Below are positions 1 to 24,189 of a DNA stretch of 64,000 bases, one piece after another. Below the pieces are notes generated by a model. That model was not told the DNA's origin. It saw only the letters and a program-made list of their open reading frames with translations, and searched no databases. Position numbers and translations under genes: made by a program. Location: assembly GCA_040954595.2 (NCBI GenBank), contig CM082596.2, positions 7,580,468 to 7,644,467 of the forward strand. Direction: 5' to 3'. Each line of letters opens with the position of its first letter. Position 1 is the stretch's first letter. This stretch comes from Balanoglossus misakiensis. Taxonomy: Eukaryota > Animalia > Hemichordata.

Positions 1-531
1 TCTCAGAAGAACAACTGTTCATGATAAATACCATAGATTTACTTCGGCGAAACAGTCAAATGCAGACAAAAACACTTGCAGTCGCACTATGTGTTATTTT
101 TATTATGCAAAGTTCACGTTAACATGTGAAATATGCAAATATGTAGTAAATATGCAAATAAAGATTGAAAGAGGAATAATACGTATCCTTTGTCCAATGT
201 CTTCAATTTAAAGAATAGTCCACTGCAGAGTGGCAAAATGGGGATGAAGCCCTCGAAGCTACAGTCATACACTGTGCGCATTTCAATCTTGCGTTTCAGG
301 GTCATTGGTGTATACACTGTTTATCAAATCCCTTGAACTTTGAACCACTCCGCTCCATTAGGGAAGTCCCCTACCTCACTGTGCGCATTCATTGGTTAGT
401 TTGAATTTCAGGGTTTGAAACCAAAAGTCATTGCTATAGTACACTGATCCAACCTTCAACCATACAAACATCGATCGAATTTTAACTATAACCTCCCAAG
501 TTGAAAGTTGGCTCTCAAATGTGATTTACAG

Positions 532-6241
<5,710 letters not shown>

Positions 6242-6827
6242 TGCGCTGTCCTTGTGTGCGATGATGAAAATGTCGACAGGGAAACTTAGCATCTGTACAT
6301 AGTTGTCTTTGAATTCAGGAATCTTGTCAACACATCTGGGACCACACAATGACAATTGCAATTCCATCTTCTTATCGAGGCCATGACGAAATTTTATGAG
6401 ACTCAGAAACTGATATTCGCATGTATCACGCTAAATGACGTTGTATTTGATTTGAATCTTTCCAAGTTATTTTTATGCTCATACCAGGCACACGGCCAGA
6501 TACTAGTACTTCCCTTATGAGTGCACCCTCTATCTAACTTCGAAAAAAATAACATTATACAACAACCAACAAACTATATGGCAGAGGAACTCACAGAAGT
6601 ACGCAACAATACATTTGGGGATTGATTAGAAGAATTATAACAAATTCTTATTACTCTACTACATTGTATGTTATTATTTACCATGTTCAAATATTTTGCT
6701 GTATTGTAAATTCAGTTCAATTACATTATCCAGTCTACATTTTGAGTTTGTTTTAGATTATGTGCAAAAAAGTTATGTTTTCTCAGAGATATCGATGGAG
6801 TTAGTGAAATGCGATATGAGAAAAAAT

Positions 6828-6940
6828 TAATTATCACGTAACAGTTGCCTCTTTCGATCACGAAGATTTCCTGTTGCGAAAATTTTACAGTATGTATGTG
6901 TGTTTGTATGTATGTATGTATGTATGTATGTATGTATGTA

Positions 6941-7013
<73 letters not shown>

Positions 7014-7189
7014 ATGTATGTATGTATGTATGTATGTATGTATGTATGTATGCATGTATGTATGTATGTATGTATGTATGTTTTTTTCATACAAGGTTGC
7101 GACTCTAACAATTACACTTCCTGTTTGTCACTTAAATCATAGTCTTTAATTTTCATGTAATGCTTTTATATTTTAATGCACTTTACATG
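6828..7189 (+). repeat. Direct repeat copy 1 with (TATG)n/(TG)n core, flanking the satellite
   Basis: tcacgtaacagttgcctc..gaagatttcctgttgcgaaaattttacag(tatg)n..aaggttgcgactc..ttcctgtttgtcacttaaatcatagtc..gcactttacat recurs at 10568-10799. Confidence 0.9.
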
Positions 7190-7254
7190 TATGTACAAAC
7201 ATTTTTAAAATACCAATAAAATTATGATATTACTAAATAAACATACATACATTT

Positions 7255-10200
7255 CGACTTCGCGAAATTTCAAAATTTCTTCATTTTTTGCAAAAAAACA
7301 TGGGTTATAGCTCATGAAAATCAACTTTGCGAAAGTTCAAAATTTCTTCATTTTTTAAATAAAAATCATGGGTTATAGCTCATGAAAATCACCCAAAAAT
7401 GACAATTTTTCCACTTTGCGAAAGTTCAAAATTTCTTCTTTTTTTGTTAAAAATCATGGGTTATAGCCCATGAAAATCACCCAAAAATGAAAATTTTTCG
7501 ACTTTGCGAAAGTTCAAAATTTCCTCATTTTTTGATAAAAATCATGGGTTAGCTCATGAAAATCACCCAAAAATGACAATTTTTCGACTTTGCGAAAGTT
7601 CAAGATTTCTTCATTTTTTGATAAAAATCATGGGTTATAGCCCATGAAAATCACCCAAAAATGACAATTTTTCGAATTTGCGAAAGTTCAAAATTTCCTC
7701 ATTTTTTGATAAAAATCATGGGTTATAGCTCATGAAAATTACCCAAATATGACAATTTTTCGACTTTGCGAAAGTTCAAAATTTCTTCATTTTTTGATAA
7801 TAATCATGGGTTATAGCCTATTAAAATCACCCAAAAATGACAATTTTTCGACTTTGCGAAAGTTCAAAATTTCCTCATTTTTTGAGATAAATCATGGGTT
7901 ATAGCTCATGAAAATCACCCAAATATGACAAATTTTCGACTTTGCGAAAGTTCAAGATTTCTTCATTTTTTGATAAAAATCATGGGTTATAGCCCATGAA
8001 AATCACCCAAAAATGACCATTTTTCGACTTTGCGAAAGTTCTAAAATTTCTTCATTTTTTGATAAAAATCATGGGTTATAGCCCATGAAAATCACCCAAA
8101 AATGACAATTTTTCGACTTTGCGAAAGTTCAAAATTTCCTCATTTTTTGATAAAAATCATGGGTTATAGCTCATGAAATTTACCCAAATATGAAAATTTT
8201 TCGACTTTGCGAAAGTTCAAAATTTCCTCATTTTTTGATAAAAATCATGGGTTATAGCTCATGAAAATCACCCAAATTTTACAATTTTTCGACTTTGCGA
8301 AAGTTCAAGATTTCTTCATTTTTTGATAAAAATCATGGGTTATAGCCCATGAAAATCACCCAAAAATGATAATTTTTCGACTTTGCGAAAGTTCAAGATT
8401 TCTTCATTTTTTGATAAAAATCATGGGTTATAGCCCATGAAAATCACCCAAAAATGACAAATTTTCGACTTTGCGAAAGTTCTAAAATTTCTTCATTTTT
8501 CGATAAAAATCATGGGTTATAGCCCATGAAAATCACCCAAAAATGACAATTTTTGGACTTTGCGAAAGTTCAAAATTTCCTCATTTTTTGATAAAAATCA
8601 TGGGTTATAGCTCATGAAAATTACCCAAATATGACAATTTTTCGACTTTGCGAAAGTTCAAAATTTCCTCATTTTTTGATAAAAATCATGGGTTATAGCT
8701 CATGAAAATCACCCAAATATGACAATTTTTCGACTTTGCGAAAGTTCAAGATTTCTTCATTTTTTGATAAAAATCATGGGTTATAGCCCATTAAAATCAT
8801 CCAAAAATGACAATTTTTCGACTTTGCGAAAGTTCAAGATTTCTTCATTTTTTGATAAAAATCATGGGTTATAGCTCATGAAAACCACCCAAATATGACA
8901 ATTTTTCGACTTTGCGAAAGTTCAAGATTTCTTCATTTTTTGATAAAAATCATGGGTTATAGCCCATGAAAATCACCCAAAAATGACAATTTTTCGACTT
9001 TGCGAAAGTTCAAGATTTCTTCATTTTTTGATAAAAATCATGGGTTATAGCTCATGAAAACCACCCAAAAATGGCAATTTTTCGACTTTGCGAAAGTTCA
9101 AAATTTCTTCATTTTTTGATAAAAATCATGGGTTATAGCCCATGAAAATCAACCAAAAATGACAATTTTTCGACTTTGCGAAAGTTCGAAATTTCCTCAT
9201 TTTTTGATAACAATCATGGGTTATAGCCCATGAAAATCACCCAAAAATGACAATTTTTCGACTTTGCGAAAGTTCAAAATTTCTTCATTTTTTGATAAAA
9301 ATCATGGGTTATAGCCCATGAAAATCACCCAAATATGACAATTTTTCGACTTTGCGAAAGTTCAAAATTTCCTCATTTTTTGATAAAAATCATAGGTTAT
9401 AGCTCATGAAAATCACCCAAATATGACAGTTTTTCGACTTTGCGAATGTTCAAAATTTCTTCATTTTTTGATAAAAATCATGGGTTATAGCTCATGAAAA
9501 TCACCCAAATATGACAATTTTTCGACTTTGCGAAAGTTCAAAATTTCCTCATTTTTTGATAAAAATCATAGGTTATAGCTCATGAAAATCACCCAAATAT
9601 GACAGTTTTTCGACTTTGCGAATGTTCAAAATTTCTTCATTTTTTGATAAAAATCATGGGTTATAGCCCATGAAAATCACCCCAAAATGACAATTTTTCG
9701 ACTTTGCGAAAGTTCAAGATTTCTTCATTTTTTGATAAAAATCATGGGTTATAGCCCATGAAAATCACCCAAAAATGACAATTTTTCGACTTTGCGAAAG
9801 TTCAAAATTTCCTCATTTTTTGATAAAAATCATGGGTTATAGCCCATGAAAATCGCCCAAAAATGACAATTTTTCGACTTTGCGAAAGTTCAAAATTTCT
9901 TCATTTTTTGATAAAAGTCATGGGTTATAGCCCATGAAAATCACCCAAAAATGAAAATTTTTCGACTTTGCGAAAGTTCAAGATTTCTTCATTTTTTTTA
10001 TAAAAATCATGGGTTATAGCTCATGAAAATCACCCAAATATGACAATGTTTCGAATTTGCGAAAGTTGAAAATTTCCTCATTTTTTGATAAAAATCATGG
10101 GCTCATGAAAATAACCCAAAAATGACAATGTTTCGACTTTGCGAAAGTTGAATATTTTCTCATTTTTTGATAAAAATCATGGGTTATAGCTCATGAAAAT

Positions 10201-10562
10201 CATCCAAAAATGACAATTTTTCGACTTTGCGAAAGTTCAAAATTTCCTCATTTTTTGATAAAAATCATGGGTTATAGCTCATGAAAATCACCCAAAATGA
10301 CAATTTTTCGACTTTGCGAAAGTTCAAAATTTCTTCATTTTTTGATAAAAATCATGGGTTATAGCCCATGAAAATCACCCAAATATGACAATTTTTCGAC
10401 TTTGCGAATGTTCAAAATTTCTTCAAAAAATGACAATTTTTCGACTTTGCGAAAGTTCAAAATGTCTTCATTTTTTGATAACAATCATGGGTTATAGCTA
10501 ATGAAAATCATCCAAAAATGACAATTTTTCGACTTTGAGAAGTTTCACAATTTCTTCATTTA
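7255..10562. repeat. 88-bp tandem satellite, about 37 copies
   Basis: Unit cgactttgcgaaagttcaaaatttcttcattttttgataaaaatcatgggttatagcccatgaaaatcacccaaaaatgacaattttt. Successive units start at 7761 and 7849 (period 88). Confidence 0.97.
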
Positions 10563-10567
10563 AAAAA

Positions 10568-10799
10568 AATTGTCACGTAACAGTTGCCTCCTTCGATCGC
10601 GAAGATTTCCTGTTGCGAAAATTTTACAGTATGTATTTATGTATGTATGTATGTATGTATGTATGTATGTATGTATGTTTTTTTCATATAAGGTTGCGAC
10701 TCCCGCAATTACAAGTATACACTTACAATTCCTGTTTGTCACTTAAATCATAGTCTTTAATTTTCATGTAATGCTTTTATATTTCAATGCACTTTACAT
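10568..10799 (+). repeat. Direct repeat copy 2 flanking the satellite
   Basis: Near-identical to 6828-7189 apart from microsatellite length and a small indel. Confidence 0.9.
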
Positions 10800-11122
10800 A
10801 AAAAGTGCAAGGCAAGAACAATAAAATGTATGTTAAAAGGCATACCCAATCGAATATATGTGTTTATAATATACCTCATGCTAATACTGTGCCGTGATTC
10901 GCCAGAATCCGTCACGTGATAGGAAAATAGAATCTACTATGAACCGCTAGGGAAATAGCAGAAAAATATAAACCGGTCACGTGACCAGCGTGAGTGCGCA
11001 GACTCCGTCACGTCAATCAGCGTCGCGTCGTCTGACACAATGGCCACCGCGGAAGATGTCGTCTGCCAACCTCAAGAGAAAATTGCAAGATTTTCCCAGC
11101 TGTTAGCATGAGGTTTATTATA

Positions 11123-11569
11123 AAACACCTATAGCCTGGCCTATATTCGGGCCATAGCGGCCGTTTATTACCCCCTCGTGACTGTGTGTTACCAGAATCA
11201 TATGCTATTTCCCTCGGCCTGCGGCCTCGGGAAATAGCATATGATTCTGGTAACTCACAGCCCCTCGGGTGTAATAAACGGCCGCTATGGCCCTCATGGC
11301 CAGGCAATAGGTGTTCACTATGGAATGATTAAAATGATTAACATATCGATACATGCATAAAATGACTTTAAAAAAACTCTTCTAGATTTCTAACCTGCGG
11401 CCTCGGGAAATAGCATATGATTCTGGTAACTCACAGCCCCTCGGGTGTAATAAACGGCCGCTATGGCCCTCATGGCCAGGCAATAGGTGTTCACTATGGA
11501 ATGATTAAAATGATTAACATATCGATACATGCATAAAATGACTTTAAAAAAACTCTTCTAGATTTCTAA
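11123..11569. repeat. About 195-bp imperfect palindrome (11123-11317) plus exact 176-bp tandem duplication (11218-11393 / 11394-11569)
   Basis: Arms aacacctat..gttaccagaatcatatgctatttccc and gggaaatagcatatgattctggtaac..ataggtgtt. The duplicated unit starts cctgcggcctcggg at 11218 and 11394. Confidence 0.85.
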
Positions 11570-12658
11570 CCTGACGTGAATTGTCTGAAGGTGTGACGCG
11601 GTGTGACAGGCATGGCAATGTCAAAATAGCTCTATGACCATAATAAGATTAATTTCAACACTGGAATGTGATCTCAAAGCGTGACAGGTACCCTGTTTAG
11701 TCACCGAATTAAGATGCAAGACCCGATAGAATCTTAAAAGGAAAATATCGTCAGAATTGCCACATGTGCAACTTTTGTGATTATAAACACAACATCATCA
11801 TTGTTCCCACTATTCAGGGAGACCCTGTCAACCAAATACATGTCACATATTAAAATGAAATGGAAATGTGTCAAAAAGTATTACAAAGCATAAAAGTCAC
11901 TGCATTGTTTTCTATTATGTACAGTTAGATACAAAATAACAAGTACATATTTTGTAATGATGTTGATTGTAGCAATTATGCTTTGTGCATCTACCTTGAT
12001 TTGCTGTTGTGACGGTGATGTATGGCACCAATACCTGCAGGTGGGACAAAGCCCACCTTATAAAAAGTACACACAGAATCAAGTTGCCAAACTTTGTGTG
12101 TCATTTTGCCAGGGAATGTAATCTCTATAAAATGAACTTACAATTCATTAATGTCAGAACTCTTAAAAGGTTGAGATACAATTAAAAAGAACGTTTCTGA
12201 GATAATTCAAAACAGTTTCAAAAGTTGTGAGACCATGTCCAAAACAGGAAGTTAGCAAAAAACTGACTAAAATGTAACAACTATCATAAAATATATCTTG
12301 TTTTGTTATCAAATCTAAAAAACTAGAATATGTCTGAATAAAATTTTGCTTATAATGTTTAAAGATATACGATTACCTACAATTTACATATAATGCCCAT
12401 ATATGGCTGTAGTGGCGTTTTCGAGTGTTCTTAAGAACATATGGTTGCGCTTTTTTTTCACATGTCCCACCCACTGAAATTCTGTGACTTGCTTGATCTG
12501 AATTTGCCATGGTAACTGTAGTAAATTTGCATAGGTGACCCTATACCTTCAATTACTATACCATACTTCAAAAAGACACATGAACATCTTTATCAGTGGT
12601 GAATGTCAATTCACCCACAAGTTAAATGTATTCTTCATATCTGCTATGAACTAAACGT

Positions 12659-20145
<7,487 letters not shown>

Positions 20146-20231
20146 TTTTTAAACAGCTGAAAAGTTCAAACAAATATGAGACAGACATGAAAAAAATCAT
20201 TTCGCTGGTAAGCAACATATAGTCATTATTT

Positions 20232-20377
20232 AAGCAATAAAACACCCCCAGCCATGGTATAACACAAGATTTTGACCAGTTCACGACATATACGCACTCG
20301 CTATCACTCGTGCGTATATGGAGTTGAACTGGTCAAAATCGAGTGGTATACCATGGCTGGGGGTGTTTTATTGCTAT
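20232..20377. repeat. Palindromic non-autonomous element; similar structure at 24351-24454
   Basis: agcaataaaacacccccagccatggtata..ttttgaccagttca mirrors tgaactggtcaaaat..tataccatggctgggggtgttttattgct. Confidence 0.7.
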
Positions 20378-22129
20378 TATATTATACCAGTATATTGAAA
20401 CTGTGCATAAAACATTTTAAAAAGGCATTTTCTTTGACTATGAGTTTTGCGTGATATATGACTGTGGTATATGACAAATATATCACAGTCACATGTCGTG
20501 TCTCGACCAATAAAATGGCGTGATTTACACCATCAATATACTGGTATAATATAATTTCTTATAATTAGTAGCAGAAAGAATATTATATAGGCAATTTGTA
20601 TAATAAGTGTTAAATAAAGAATGAATCAATTTAAAAAAAAACAATTACCTGTAAATTTGAAAAGGGAGGTAAGAAAGTATTAGTAAGTTAGGAAAAGTAT
20701 AACTGAAATGACAAAATGACTTATCTATTTACAACCCCACATATGCATAAATATGTAAAAATGGTGGCCATTTTAAATGTATGCAAATTAGCCATAATGT
20801 ATATGAATGACATGATGGTTCTTGTGTGATACGCGCGATTTCATCATAGTTCTTGCATGATTTGCATAATTGTCATAAATTCTGTATATTTGATATCGTT
20901 ATTTTTACTTCCAGGTTTATGAAGCTCTAAAAATTTTGGGTTAAATAACTTGAAATTAGGAACAGCACAATTATTTAGCAGTGTTTGCCCCCCCCCCCCC
21001 CCTGGGCCAGCATACCTCATTTGCATCTGTTTAGCACTATTCTATTTGCATTACAATAGGGGCACAACATGTACAGTTTTTATTAGGCCTATATACTGAT
21101 CCAAGATACCTGTAGCTCTAAGCTGTGTGTGTGCTTGCTGTTCGAGCAGTGATCCCCCTCTGCCATATTCAATTCTGACATACATTGTTTCCAACCGTTT
21201 AGATAGCGCTGCTTTCGATAAAAATAGCCCCGCCTACCACAGCCCTGCGTACACTCAGGCCTGTACGCAGGGCTACGCCCACCCCCACCCTCCCCCGCCC
21301 TAACAGCCGGGGGGAGTGACTAATGGGGCTAAGTGGACCCCCAGCTGTCATGGTCAATTAGTCTTACTATAAAGTCTAGAACTAATAACCCGCGTGTGTT
21401 TGCTTAAATATGCTCACTCACTCACACCATGGAGGTCGTACACAATCTGTGCGAGTCCCTACAATACAAAGTGAAAGTATATGCGTTCGCATACTTTTTA
21501 GGTTGTACATTGGTGAAGCTTGTGTGTAGCTCATAAAAAACATGCCACGACGAAAAGGTATACTTACATCATGCAAGTAGAAAGAATATTAGGCGTGTGT
21601 ACAATGTGTCCAAGTCATACAGTGTGAGAATAGCACCAGCGTTGACTTTGTACATGTAGTATGTTGGAGTTCATCTGAGGACGCGCGCGGCTTGGGGAAA
21701 TCCCACGCAAAGGATTCTGGTCAGTTGCGTCATTGCTTCAGATATAGATACCGGGAAATTCCAAAGTGTTCCCGGAATTCGGTTCTGCACGTAGAACGTG
21801 TACGTAGTAGCTGGGCAGCCAGTTAGATTAACAAAAAATCAAACAAATAGGGCCTATGTGTGACGGTTGTATTTTGTAAATATTCATCGTAAAAAAGGCC
21901 ATGTGTTGTCACTGCAGAGCCACGGCCAAGTGAAATCCTAACATATCTGGAATTGGACGAATTCGTTTTTTGCCGTGTTTTCATCTTTTGGTATACATTA
22001 AATTCTGAAATTGAGTTTTTGTACTAATTAGGCTATTCAGAATTGGTGGCGATTTTCGAATTTGGTTCTGTGGCTGTGATTTCAAATTTAGTTTACAAAT
22101 GTCTTCAGCTGGTCGGCAGGCTACCCAGT

Positions 22130-22810
22130 GTGACATTGTCAATGGGTTTAATGAGTTTTTTGTCCAAATTGGAGAGACTCTTGCTAGTAATATAACTCAT
22201 TCAAACAGAAGTTACTTGTCATACGTATCACATTGTACATTGCATTCTTTTTTTTCTTCAAGGAACCTCTGAACAAGAAGTTTTGAAATTACTTCAAGCA
22301 TTAGATAAGCGGAAGGCAGTGGGTTATGACTACATTAGCCCAAAATTGTTAATCAATGCAGCATTATACATTTCTAAGCCTCTTAATGATATTATCAATT
22401 TAACATTCACAACTGGAATTTTCCCAGATTCCTTAAAAATAGCAAAAGTGACTCCTATCTTCAAAAAAGGAGAGACGACTGATCCAGGTAATTATAGACC
22501 AGTGTCTGTATTGCCACAAATTAGTAAAATTTTCGAAAAACTTATTAATAAGCAAATTATTTCCTATTTTAACAAATTTGATTTACTGTACCCTTACCAG
22601 TATGGCTTCAGAGAGAATTATAGTACTAAGTTGGCAATTGTATAGTTTGACTTTTTTTGTATGTATTACTAACCAAGTGTTCTACTGTTCACCATGAAGG
22701 AGTGGACTTGACCAGTGCGAGTGCACTATTTTTCCTACCTCTTTTTTTCACTTTATCAGTACATTGTTCACCATTCGATTTAAAAATTTAAAGTGAAATA
22801 TAAATATACC
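22130..22810 (+). pseudogene. Degenerate CR1/L2-group LINE fragment (start of the RT domain)
   Basis: ORF 22283-22645 reads KAVGYDYI, FPDSLKIAKVTPIFKKG, PGNYRPVSVLPQISKIFEK, QYGFRENYST. Upstream FNEFFVQIG is in another frame and the RT stops before YADD. Confidence 0.8.
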
Positions 22811-22998
22811 AATTTACAGCCTCGTCAAGCAAAACTCCACGGTTCGCTACAAAGCTCTTCACTGACGCGCCCTCAACCGTTTAGCAAAGGAGAAGCCACA
22901 TATGGTGTTGTGTAGAGAAACGTAGCACACATGCAATCAGACTATAAGCCTGCATGGACGGCGAGAGGGGCTGTGATGCGAGGGAGTCTACTCCTCTT

Positions 22999-23674
22999 AG
23001 GCTGCATTCATAAACACCTCTGGAGGGGGTGGCGGGAGAATTGAGGGGGGATTTGAAATAATTTAGGGACTGAAAGGGGGGACTTGAAAACTTTGAGGAC
23101 TAAATATTTATTTTGAGTCCACAAAAATGCAGTTTTGAACCCTTCATAATACAATTTTTTTAATGTGAGAGGGGGACACCCACTCCTACACCCACCCCGT
23201 CATTCGTCAACACCTTTCAATCATTGACTGGTTTATCTAGTGTCCCAGGTCAGGGGACTTGCCCCCCCCCCCAGCTTTGAGCTCTGTACTCTATAAAATT
23301 TTCTTACGTGGGAGGGGGACACCCCCTCCCACACCCACCCCTTCACTTCTCGGTTTACAATGTCTGCCAACACAGAATACAAATACTTAAAAAATATAAA
23401 CAATGTTCAGTTTTAATATCCACTGATGACGGAAAACATCAGTTTCAAATTCTTTTCATGGGAGCGCTGTTTTTCTTTTTTACAAGATAGATAGGTGATG
23501 TGTTTTGTTCTGTGAAAGAAAATGGGGGGGGGGTTTCAAAATTTTAGCAGTTCGGAAGGGGGGATTTCAAAAATATTTCGGGTTGTGCACGGGCGGCATG
23601 TGAAAATTAACCGTAACAAATATTGAATTCTCCCGCCCCCCCCCCCCCTCCAGAGGTGTTTGTGAATGCAGCCT
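22999..23674. mobile_element. MITE with about 30-bp TIRs and G/C tracts
   Basis: aggctgcattcataaacacctctggaggggg ... cccctccagaggtgtttgtgaatgcagcct. Confidence 0.75.
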
Positions 23675-24189
23675 TTCTGCCTTCTCGGTTCAGGAATCAG
23701 TTGCATCGTCTCTGGTGCAGTCTCTGCCTACCCGGATTGAGTAGGTGAGTAAGTTGTTGTTGTTGTTGTTGTTTCTTTATTCCTTCTCAAAAAGAGAAGA
23801 GTTACAACACAAATGAATAAATATAAATACATAAGTAGATAAATACAAGACAATATACAATAGAGTCATTTTGCTTATTTATATTCGTATTCGCCAAAAT
23901 GGCACTCACTTGAGAAGTCAATCAATCACTGACAAAGTATTTTATGTTGCCACAGAAAAGCTAGTAACCTTTGCCCAGGCACTCATGACAGACTGACAAT
24001 ATTTTACATTTGTGTCATAAACGCAAATATTCCTTGGGATGTTACTAGACAACGGTGCTACCAGGAAGTGACGTTCAAGAGAACAGAAGGTAATATAGAT
24101 AATAATCTGTCACGACCAGTAAACACGGAACCACAATGTATGTTGTATTTGAGCGTTGACGCGCAAAATATCACAGTCCATACAGAGAC

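Noticed and set aside
6827-7149. ORFs of MYVC / HTYI repeats (also at 10535, 15157-15549, 38563-38926 and 62278-62716)
   Set aside because: They are translations of (TATG)n microsatellites, which have no stop codons. There is no sign of coding function.
7255-10562. Possible CRISPR array
   Set aside because: Units repeat over their whole length with no unique spacers, there are no cas genes, and the context is eukaryotic.
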